The notes beneath the pieces are model-generated. The model saw nothing but the letters and a program-made list of their open reading frames with translations, did no database searches and had not been told where the DNA came from. The position numbers and the translations under genes were made by a program. This document shows positions 55,441 through 63,265 of a stretch of DNA of 64,000 nucleotides, one piece after another. How positions within the stretch are numbered: the first letter of the stretch is position 1; each line of letters opens with the position of its first letter. The DNA is from a virus: IMG/VR virus record IMGVR_UViG_3300025141_016680, positions 34,045 through 98,044 of that record; one strand, given 5' to 3'.

Positions 55441-55758
55441 CTACAAGTCGGAGACATTTGGCCACGGATCTGATGACTCGTCCAGGCCACCCTGAATATC
55501 ATTGGCTGTGTCTCCCCAGAGCCGGATGTTGAGGGTGTCAACAATGTCGATGCAGGCTGACATGAGGTCGGAGATGTCGATGATTGTCGCACCCTCTCTG
55601 TGGATGTATGATAGATCCTCACACTCCTCCCAGATCTCCTGGGTGCGCTTATCACAGGCAATGATCTTGCACCCTTTAATAGTGCTCCAGGTCTTTCCGT
55701 CTCCGAGAATGACACTAATCCATTGCTTCTGTTCCTTTTCTTCTTCTTCGTCGCTCAT
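55441..55758 (-). CDS. Hypothetical acidic protein
   Basis: GGAGG SD; paralog of 52465..52686. Confidence 0.6.
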   Translation of the reverse strand: MSDEEEEKEQKQWISVILGDGKTWSTIKGCKIIACDKRTQEIWEECEDLSYIHREGATIIDISDLMSACIDIVDTLNIRLWGDTANDIQGGLDESSDPWPNVSDL

Positions 55759-55995
55759 GCGATTTCCTCCAGCTGCTCTTCCTCATCCTGCAACAGCTCC
55801 TCATCCAAGCAATACGAACACACTATGCCTTCAGATTTTTCTTCATAGCCTTCATAGTCGAAAAAAGGTTGACCGCAGCGGTCACAGTCCATCATGAATG
55901 GCTCCGACTATCCTCACTCGATGGATCTGGAAAGAATCTGTCGAAGATAAAGATGAGGGCAGCGAAGCCCACGAGGAAGTTAAACATTTTATTAC

Positions 55996-56307
55996 CTACC
56001 AGTCAACTGGGTCATTTGGACTTATACGGGTGATTGTTGTTTCCGTTGTGAACCTGGGGTTTCCATCACCACCAGCTTCCGCAATCGCGAGCTCCTCCAT
56101 CTCGTGGAGGGTTGCATCCGCATCACACATAAGGAGCGAGAGCGCTTTGGCACCAGCCCGATCGGTCCTGATGGTCATCGATGACCCCAGCTCGATGATA
56201 ACATTTTCGAGGGTGTCAACAGAGACATTGACTGCCAAGCCACGAACACCCGAACTCTCATTCTCGATTATCATACCGTCGACATGAACCATTTTATAGT
56301 CAGCCAT
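55996..56307 (-). CDS. Hypothetical protein
   Basis: AAGGAG SD; promoter 56330. Confidence 0.65.
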   Translation of the reverse strand: MADYKMVHVDGMIIENESSGVRGLAVNVSVDTLENVIIELGSSMTIRTDRAGAKALSLLMCDADATLHEMEELAIAEAGGDGNPRFTTETTITRISPNDPVDW

Positions 56308-56363
56308 TTATTATCTCCTTGATACCCTTATTATACACCATATTTTTCAAAGTTACACGAAAC

Positions 56364-56588
56364 TCACGAGCGTGGATAGTCACCACCGTGGAGGCTTGCC
56401 TCCACCTCATCCAGTATAGCCTCGACTCGACCCTCAAGATCTGCCTTGGCCTTGAACACCTGGTGGATCCACTCATCACGGGTGGAGTACCCCTCGAAGG
56501 CAGACGGGTCCTCTCTGAACAGTGTAACCATGTCAAGGGCGAACTTCTGTCCGAGGTCCTCAATAATCATTTGGAATGGGTCAGCCAT
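56364..56588 (-). CDS. Hypothetical acidic protein
   Basis: AAGGAG SD; promoter 56608. Confidence 0.65.
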   Translation of the reverse strand: MADPFQMIIEDLGQKFALDMVTLFREDPSAFEGYSTRDEWIHQVFKAKADLEGRVEAILDEVEASLHGGDYPRS

Positions 56589-57144
56589 GTTTTCTCCTTA
56601 TGGCCTCATTGTACCACAGCTGCTGGCGGGTTACACGTCAGCCGGTGCATCTATTTGATCCCACCCCATGCAGGCTTCTATCTCCTCGTCAGTGAGCTCC
56701 ACGTCGAGGTCATCGTACTGTGAGGCACCTTTCCCGACAGGGACGTTAGCACTACTCCACGGTTGACCATTCTTGAAAGGAAGCTTATCGCCACGATTAG
56801 ATTTACTCATGATTTCTCCTTGCTAGCCATTACTTCCTCTCTTCAATGTGCACACGCACATCATTGAAAGCTAGACGATACTCGATGGCCATCTGAAACG
56901 CTTCCTCACGAGTGTCAAACTCGTCAATCTCTTCACTCTGCCAGACTAGAACGTATCTCATCACGACTGATCTTCCTCTTCCACAAAGGGAACAACCCGA
57001 CAGCCGCCCTCAATCATGAGGTTCGTGTAGACCACGATCTGTCCCTCATTGTCCTCGTCGAGTTGAGCTCCTGGGAGCAGTTCTTCAATAGCAAACCGTA
57101 GTTCAGCAAAAGTCATTTGTTTCCTTTCCTCTGTTATTGATATT

Positions 57145-57573
57145 TTACCACAGGTCTGGCGAATCTACATGAATCGAGTACCCACCCAAATCATCAATAG
57201 AGTAGCTGGCAAGAAATACGAACTCTCGAGCATCATAATCCTTTTCCCAGCACTCGATGTCAGCTGTCTCCAAGCACACAAGGTAGGCGAAGGGAGCACA
57301 CCCGTTGAAGTCTAGCACACCACATTTATCCAATAGCTCAGGTTCATAATCACGAAATTCGTAGTCTGCCTTCGCAAGAGTACAGCTGAATGAATGGAAC
57401 CCGCCTCCTGTTGCTGCCTGCGAGATGAGGAGCGCTAGACCAGTAGTCGTGCGCTGCGAGATGTACGAGACCAGACTCGGAACCATGTTGTCAGGATACC
57501 CATCCATGTGGACGTAGCATCCCTGGACTGTTCCGTCTGGGTGCATGATACCGATATTACAATGAGTGCTCAC
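57145..57573 (-). CDS. Phage YxHxDGYP-motif protein
   Basis: MSTHCNIG...YVHMDGYP. Confidence 0.7.
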   Translation of the reverse strand: MSTHCNIGIMHPDGTVQGCYVHMDGYPDNMVPSLVSYISQRTTTGLALLISQAATGGGFHSFSCTLAKADYEFRDYEPELLDKCGVLDFNGCAPFAYLVCLETADIECWEKDYDAREFVFLASYSIDDLGGYSIHVDSPDLW

Positions 57574-57584
57574 CTTATATCCTG

Positions 57585-57848
57585 TCAGCTATTAGGAGTA
57601 GTGTTATAGAGTCGTTCACGAATTGCTACAACTGTACTAGCCAGTCGCTCACGATCTACGGTGTCGAGGTAGGAGTTGAATCTTCCCTCCTCGTCCTGAA
57701 TGAAAACTCGAATGTAGTCATCATCAAGACCAGAAGTGTAGACATTGAAAGCCTGATTCAACTCGCTGCCATTGATGCCTAGAGAATACCACTTGTTGAT
57801 GTCCTGTGCCCATTTGTCAAGCGCTTCCTTGTAGCTAAGATCGAACAT
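57585..57848 (-). CDS. Hypothetical protein
   Basis: AGGAG SD. Confidence 0.6.
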   Translation of the reverse strand: MFDLSYKEALDKWAQDINKWYSLGINGSELNQAFNVYTSGLDDDYIRVFIQDEEGRFNSYLDTVDRERLASTVVAIRERLYNTTPNS

Positions 57849-57856
57849 TATATCTC

Positions 57857-58126
57857 CTAATCATTGAGAACTTTAAGATTGATGGCGGTTCCAAATCCAG
57901 TATTCCAGTAGGACCAATATAGAAACCTACCACCCATTGCTGCAGCCTCCCTCACTGAACCCGCTATAAGAAACTCCAAGGTGTCACCAGCGGGCATTTC
58001 AATCTCAACGATCGGGGGTGGTGATTCCCACACAGGTCCGATTCCGATCTCTGATGCCTCAACAATGATGTCAAATCCTTCGGGATCGTCATCATTATGA
58101 AAGATGTTTTCCTTGGTAACCTTCAT
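57857..58126 (-). CDS. Hypothetical protein
   Basis: AAGGA SD; promoter 58146. Confidence 0.6.
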   Translation of the reverse strand: MKVTKENIFHNDDDPEGFDIIVEASEIGIGPVWESPPPIVEIEMPAGDTLEFLIAGSVREAAAMGGRFLYWSYWNTGFGTAINLKVLND

Positions 58127-58183
58127 TATCTGTCCTTATGCATTTATTCTACCACAGCTACCTGTGTGTTGCACGCAGGCAGA

Positions 58184-58660
58184 CTATGAGATGAATCTTA
58201 CCTCGCACAGCACCCGGTCATCCCTACTACTGACGTGCATCTCGTAGCAACCGTCGCCGTATCCTGAGGAGGTTACAAACCCCTGAGCACGAGCCGCAGC
58301 GTCAAAGTTACCGTAATACGGCTCAGAAAGGGTGACGTTACAGGCACTGGAATATCCCACACCACCGTCACCGTAGTCACCGTCGAGGACATAGCACGGG
58401 TCACTGAAGACAACAGCATCACATCCCTCGGGAATTGTGAGCACAGCGTCAATGGGCATGATCCTGTCGGTGGACATGAGAAGGCTCCCGATGTATGACT
58501 CATCCTCATCAGCGTGATCAACTGTAATGTAGATCTCACGGGTGCCCACTGGCAGTGAGACAACCCTGATGCCGCGAGCCATACTTCTCAGCTTCGTGAC
58601 ATCACATGCAGTTTTCGGAATAATGGCCATCTGGCCGCTGTCAACAAAAAGTCCACTCAT
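58184..58660 (-). CDS. DUF4241-like protein
   Basis: VDSGQ, SDPCYV, SGYGDGCY motifs. Confidence 0.6.
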   Translation of the reverse strand: MSGLFVDSGQMAIIPKTACDVTKLRSMARGIRVVSLPVGTREIYITVDHADEDESYIGSLLMSTDRIMPIDAVLTIPEGCDAVVFSDPCYVLDGDYGDGGVGYSSACNVTLSEPYYGNFDAAARAQGFVTSSGYGDGCYEMHVSSRDDRVLCEVRFIS

Positions 58661-58982
58661 AATATTCTCCTATCCTAGTGATCCTGATATAACATAGTGA
58701 CCGTAGGAACCTGACACTGCGGCCCTGATCTTTGCCTTCGCCTCATCCTTGTCCCGAGCAAGCACATGCCTGACTCCGTATGTAATGCGTCGTGTGGTCT
58801 TGTGTGGGTATTCAAATCTAACCTGCCACCTGATCATTGTCCGGCTCCTTGTGTACCTATTGTACCACAGCCCCAGTGCTATTGCATGTCAGTGGGCAAG
58901 GGTTGATGGTTTGTTCCACACCTGGGACACCTGTGCCAGAGTCGATACTCTGTCCTGGAGCCACATCGTCTACACTTATAGA

Positions 58983-59174
58983 TCATTGACTTTTACTGAT
59001 CAACTCGACTTCATCGAAACAGTACGTGGTCTCAGCTCCGGTGTCAAGCATCTTTACCCAGACGTGCCCGCCTCCATGCCAGTGGCCATTCGCGATGCTC
59101 TCTTCCTCGTGCACCTCTGTCACCTCGCAGTAGCTTCCGGACTGGTTGACCTTGACAATATCACCTACTTTCAT
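58983..59174 (-). CDS. MKVGDLV-family SH3/KOW-like protein
   Basis: MKVGDIVKV...EVELIS. Confidence 0.7.
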   Translation of the reverse strand: MKVGDIVKVNQSGSYCEVTEVHEEESIANGHWHGGGHVWVKMLDTGAETTYCFDEVELISKSQ

Positions 59175-59677
59175 TTATTACACCTGTTCCTTCGTTCCTT
59201 CTTCCACTGTTGATAATCTGGGTCTTCGAATTGTTCCTCACCCAGCCCAGACAACAACAAATCATATTCAGTCTCATGGGTGTCATACCATCCCCATCCG
59301 TTTCGACACTGGTCCAGCATCACAAATCTAGCAACCTCTTTCTTCCAAAGAGCTTCGTACTTTCTGTCACGAGCATCACCATCAATTTTAGAAGCTATCT
59401 TATTGGCTTTCTTCTTCCACCCAGGAAACTGTTCGTCCAGGCTTCGTGGGTCTGGAGGTGGTCGCGGTCGATAATTCGATTTATGCCATTGAGCGTTCCG
59501 TCTAGCTTTTTTCTGATCATGCAAGTAGGACAATAAAAAACCAACAGACCAAACCCCCGGCAAAATCCACCAAAAAGCTTTGTGGTAGACGACCAGCATA
59601 ATCCACCCGATCGGGTGGAGAAACAGGAAGCCCACCGGGACAAAGATCGCACTTGCAACAAACTCAAAGACTTTCAC
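59171..59677 (-). CDS. Membrane protein (two N-terminal TM helices)
   Basis: Hydrophobic N-terminus, charged C-terminus; GAGGTG SD. Confidence 0.6.
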   Translation of the reverse strand: MKVFEFVASAIFVPVGFLFLHPIGWIMLVVYHKAFWWILPGVWSVGFLLSYLHDQKKARRNAQWHKSNYRPRPPPDPRSLDEQFPGWKKKANKIASKIDGDARDRKYEALWKKEVARFVMLDQCRNGWGWYDTHETEYDLLLSGLGEEQFEDPDYQQWKKERRNRCNK

Positions 59678-59864
59678 TAATCACCTCACAACCCCTCTCA
59701 TAAAACGTCATTCGTCGTTCTGGTTCTCCCTGGGGCATGACTATGATCGCATCTCCACACCTTTTAGAATAGTTCGCGTCGACCACCTGATTCTTCTCCA
59801 AGATGATGCCCACTGTACCTTCATAAATCCCCCCTACCCTTCTCACAAGGTCACCGACTTTCAC
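59664..59864 (-). CDS. MKVGDLV-family SH3/KOW-like protein
   Basis: MKVGDLVRR...GTVGIIL...EVISES. Confidence 0.75.
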   Translation of the reverse strand: MKVGDLVRRVGGIYEGTVGIILEKNQVVDANYSKRCGDAIIVMPQGEPERRMTFYERGCEVISESL

Positions 59865-60084
59865 TAATCACCTCTGCGTCACCACGAGAAACATCAAATT
59901 CATCCAATCGCCATTCACCGCAGTCGAACATTACATGCCAGCTATTCATAGGTGCAGGTCCGAGGACAACGCCAATCCTATTAGATTTCCCACCACAAAA
60001 AAAGCACTGACATGCTTCATAGAGGGGATGCAATACATCGAGATGTTTGCATTCTTTTACTTTTACCAAATCACCGACTTTCAT
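59851..60084 (-). CDS. MKVGDLV-family SH3/KOW-like protein with a Cys insertion
   Basis: MKVGDLVKV...CQCFFC...IGVVL...EVISES. Confidence 0.75.
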   Translation of the reverse strand: MKVGDLVKVKECKHLDVLHPLYEACQCFFCGGKSNRIGVVLGPAPMNSWHVMFDCGEWRLDEFDVSRGDAEVISESR

Positions 60085-60236
60085 TACTTGCCACCTTGTT
60101 CTCGATAGCACTTGGCACACAGAGTGCCTTGATCGTGAGATCCGTTAAGAATGTAAAACCAGCCGGTGTCACTATGACTGCAGCGATTGCATGTTGGTGC
60201 GTATATTGCTGCGTATGTCTCTTTCCAATAGTTCAT
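60084..60236 (-). CDS. Small Zn-finger-like protein
   Basis: CNRC...LCAKC; AAGGAG SD; promoter 60258. Confidence 0.55.
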   Translation of the reverse strand: MNYWKETYAAIYAPTCNRCSHSDTGWFYILNGSHDQGTLCAKCYREQGGK

Positions 60237-60398
60237 TGTGACTCCTTGTATGATTCTATTATAACCTACCCTTACCTTTCTTTGCACGCCGCTTTGCCCA
60301 ACGGTAACCGGCCCACGCGATCATGGGTGACAGCACCACCATCACAGCAAGGCTCCAGGCAAACTCCTTCAGGGGAACATGCTCGTGCCTCCTTTTGG

Positions 60399-61163
60399 TC
60401 AATCTGTCTCCAGTGGAGCGAGGGTGATGGTGAACGAGGGCGTGGAGTTCCTCCAGTAGTCCGTCCTCTCCTGAAGCTTTGTAACAGCCTGATCCATTGT
60501 CAGGCGCTCCTTATCCAAGGCAGCATTCAGTTTTTTAACCTTGCTCGGCTTTGCACCCTCAAGCCGATTTCGCAGTCCTCTCTGACGCTCAAGCCAGCTC
60601 TCATCGAGCTCCCGCCGCTTGAGGGCAATCTTCTCCAGCTCCCGCTCGTTTCGGCTCGACACTGATCCCCAGAGCACATTGCACCTGTCCATCGCCCGAT
60701 CCTTCCGCATTCTCGCCTTCTGTCGGGCACCCGGTGACGGGGGATGAAAGTCGTCCGGAGTGAGCTCCTCGAAGTGCAGGACAGCAAAATTCTCAAAACC
60801 TGGGTCAGCGAGCACGAACAGAAAGTCGAGCGCTCCCTTGCGCGTGAGGGTAACGTAATCCGTCTGAAGGGAGTAGTTTTTGTACCTGCCCGAGCCCGAG
60901 CTGATCTTGCACTCCAGCTCGCGATCAAGATCCGGGAGCACGATGTCCGCCTCTCCGGTACGCCCATCCACCTTCACCGACCAACTTTGGGCCAGCTCAC
61001 GCCCGAAGAAGTTCTCCTGCGCCTGGGACATGATGATGTTCCTCCGGCCGATATTATCAGCCAGCGGGAGCCCGTAACGGTCGAAGAGACAGCGCATTTC
61101 TCCCTCGAAGGTTCGCATCCTGGTGAGGGCAGATAGAACCATTTCGCGTGTCAGGTAGCTCAT
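60399..61163 (-). CDS. Putative PD-(D/E)xK nuclease with a C-terminal coiled coil
   Basis: QENFF...GEADIVLPDLDRELECKIS (E...D...ExK). Confidence 0.6.
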   Translation of the reverse strand: MSYLTREMVLSALTRMRTFEGEMRCLFDRYGLPLADNIGRRNIIMSQAQENFFGRELAQSWSVKVDGRTGEADIVLPDLDRELECKISSGSGRYKNYSLQTDYVTLTRKGALDFLFVLADPGFENFAVLHFEELTPDDFHPPSPGARQKARMRKDRAMDRCNVLWGSVSSRNERELEKIALKRRELDESWLERQRGLRNRLEGAKPSKVKKLNAALDKERLTMDQAVTKLQERTDYWRNSTPSFTITLAPLETD

Positions 61164-61164
61164 T

Positions 61165-61404
61165 TTACTCGCACGCAGCGTCCTCTTCGATGTCACCGCC
61201 CATGAACTGGACGCTTGTCATTCCCTCAGATGTGACCCTTCCACCGGGCCAGAGCACCTGATATCGCAACTTTCCTGACCCGTCGAACATGTTCCACTCA
61301 GGCCTGATCACCACTCCAAGCTGTCCGGCACCGCCCTCAAAGACACTCCGACTGGCGTGATTCTTCGCTCTCTTTGTCAACTTAACCAGATCACCAGGCC
61401 TCAT
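61165..61404 (-). CDS. MKVGDLV-family SH3/KOW-like protein
   Basis: MRPGDLVKL...LGVVI...YQVLWPGG. Confidence 0.7.
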   Translation of the reverse strand: MRPGDLVKLTKRAKNHASRSVFEGGAGQLGVVIRPEWNMFDGSGKLRYQVLWPGGRVTSEGMTSVQFMGGDIEEDAACE

Positions 61405-61575
61405 GATTGCTCCTCCTGCTGCTGTAGAAATTGCTCTTCCCACTCAACCTCCCTCAGAAATTGAGTGTGTTCCGGATACTCGTCATTGTCTGAGCAGTGT
61501 TCAAACTGTCCAGAAAGGTCTTCGAAAAGTGGATTATCAGCGTTCATGTTGTCCCCTTATGACGCTATTCTACCA

Positions 61576-61881
61576 CTAGTCCGCAGCCCTTACACGCGTC
61601 CCCTTGCGTGACTTGTTCCGCGAATCTCGTCTCCTGTCCTTCGCTTTTACTCTCTCCTTCCTCTCCTTCGGCTCATTAGTCGAGGGCGAGGGCGATGGTG
61701 GAGCGGTCAGCTTATCGATCATTTTGTTCAATCTCGCCCTCTCTTTTTCAGCACCCTCGCCCTCGCCAAGTCGAGCGTCGAGCACCGCGAGTTGACCCAT
61801 CGCAGTCCGAGTTGTCCTCGCCATCGATCTCTTCTCAGCTCGATGCCGTCTCTCCTCTCTCGCTTCGTGCCCTCGCATCAC
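61576..61881 (-). CDS. Highly basic hypothetical protein
   Basis: QLAVLDARLGEGEGAEKERARL; Lys/Arg-rich tail. Confidence 0.65.
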   Translation of the reverse strand: MMRGHEAREERRHRAEKRSMARTTRTAMGQLAVLDARLGEGEGAEKERARLNKMIDKLTAPPSPSPSTNEPKERKERVKAKDRRRDSRNKSRKGTRVRAAD

Positions 61882-62029
61882 ATCGTCCAGAGGGCGAAAC
61901 CGAGCACCGTGAAGACGATGGCAGCACCCGTGAGTGTGAGTTCGATGGCCGTGACTCGACCCTCAAGATTGTCCATGCATGTTCCTCCTTGTTATTTCAT
62001 CATACCCTATTCCAGGCGATTGTACAAGC

Positions 62030-62248
62030 TGACAATGTGTCAATTGAGTGACAAAATGACGACGCGAGTGACAGTGTGTCAATGCTTTTGTGACAGTTTG
62101 TCATAATTCGCGTGTGAGCGGGGGCTAAGTGCCGACTACCATTTCCGGGCGCTCGATGCTGGGTACTCGATCAGGACGCAGAAAAAGCTGTGTGCTCGAT
62201 GAATGACAATCTGTCACGCATTGACAACGTGTCATTGACAACTGGCCA
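62030..62248. promoter_or_regulatory. Array of 13-bp palindromes TGACA-N3-TGTCA
   Basis: Perfect copies at 62030, 62069, 62091, 62204, 62222; degenerate copies at 62049 and 62236. Confidence 0.8.
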
Positions 62249-62371
62249 CGTGTCCCGGGCGCTAGATCCCGGGTACTCGACGCTGGGCGCTCGATGTTGG
62301 GTGCTAGATGCCGAGCGCTAGATCGGGGTGCTAGATGCTGGGTGCTGGATCAGGTACCCGGGTGCTCGACA
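62145..62371. repeat. 14-bp iteron-like direct repeats (CYGGGYRCTMGATS)
   Basis: Two units at 62145-62172, seven tandem units at 62255-62351, one at 62358. Confidence 0.85.
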
Positions 62372-62373
62372 CG

Positions 62374-63231
62374 TCATCCTATCGGCTCGGTGGGTGGCAC
62401 GGTTGCCTTGGTGATCTCTCCTCTGTCCACTGCTCTCCACTTACCGGCGTGCCACTGCCACGTCACCGTGCTTCCGCCTGCATCCGTGGTCTCCGCTGTC
62501 TCTCCCTCTGAGCCTTCATGCTCCGGTGGGACGTCACCCGCATCTTCACGTAGTAGAGATGCCTGTAGCTCTTCCCTTATTATTCTTTTAAGTTGTCTAC
62601 GCGATATCTTCTGTAGCTCAAACAGGCGTTTTTTAAGAAAGGCAAACTTTGCTTGACGATATTTCCGAGCCGCATCTGCCCAGGGACCAGTGTGAGGCAT
62701 CCAGCGATTCATGCTGAAGACCACAGTGGACCCAGCACCGTGAGAGGCAACCTGCTCCTTCCATACCGGTAGATCATCCTCTGAGTCGAGTGTGCTCCAC
62801 CAGTCTCCGCCTCCGGCGTTGGATACATTCATGTGACCTTTCTCATCAGGTTGCCACTCGAGGTCGTCTATTGGGATTCCGGTGTCGTATCTTCCTGGAA
62901 ATTCTCCAAGTGCGCCGCCATGTGCTTCCCTGATGATTCTTCTTAATTGTCTACGTGTGATGCGCATACCGTCGCCGTCTGTGTCAACTGCCTCATGAAC
63001 TTCTTTAGCTGGATCGAGTGCGCGTGTATACCAGTCTGCTACGTCTTTGGGATCCTCACCGTCCAGCCACTCGTCATATAAGTTTAGCCTATCAACAATG
63101 ATCCCTGCAAAATCCTTGAACGACATGCCATCTTCTCTCTGTGAGGCAGCATGTGATATTGCCTCTTCAGATCTCATCTCACCAACTGTCTCTTTGATGA
63201 GTTTTCTTAACTGTCTACGTGTGATCTTCAT
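62374..63231 (-). CDS. Protein with three copies of the shared leader motif
   Basis: MKITRRQLRKLIKE; MRITRRQLRRIIRE; KISRRQLKRIIREE..LLRE. Confidence 0.8.
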   Translation of the reverse strand: MKITRRQLRKLIKETVGEMRSEEAISHAASQREDGMSFKDFAGIIVDRLNLYDEWLDGEDPKDVADWYTRALDPAKEVHEAVDTDGDGMRITRRQLRRIIREAHGGALGEFPGRYDTGIPIDDLEWQPDEKGHMNVSNAGGGDWWSTLDSEDDLPVWKEQVASHGAGSTVVFSMNRWMPHTGPWADAARKYRQAKFAFLKKRLFELQKISRRQLKRIIREELQASLLREDAGDVPPEHEGSEGETAETTDAGGSTVTWQWHAGKWRAVDRGEITKATVPPTEPIG

Positions 63232-63265
63232 CTCTTGCGGTCAGCCTACGATTATATGTATTCTC

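Larger units (their letters stand above)
47684..62028 (-). promoter_or_regulatory. 22 copies of an early-type promoter C[G/A]TG[C/T]A-N18-TAnnAT, often with TGTGG before the -10
   Basis: 30-bp elements with low coordinates 47684, 48333, 48949, 49530, 50132, 50447, 51840, 52137, 52433, 52707, 52931, 53559, 54548, 55409, 56330, 56608, 57142, 58146, 58859, 60258 (N19), 61567, 61999. Three have variant upstream hexamers (CGAGTA, CGTGTT, CTTGTA). Each lies shortly upstream of an SD and ORF. Confidence 0.88.

Noticed and set aside
47684-62028. Integron cassette array
   Set aside because: The repeated element has promoter geometry and lacks attC inverted-repeat structure and GTTRRRY/RYYYAAC cores; no integrase in the window.
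62145-62371. Possible CRISPR array
   Set aside because: The units are 14 bp, degenerate and contiguous, with no unique spacers; no cas genes in the window.
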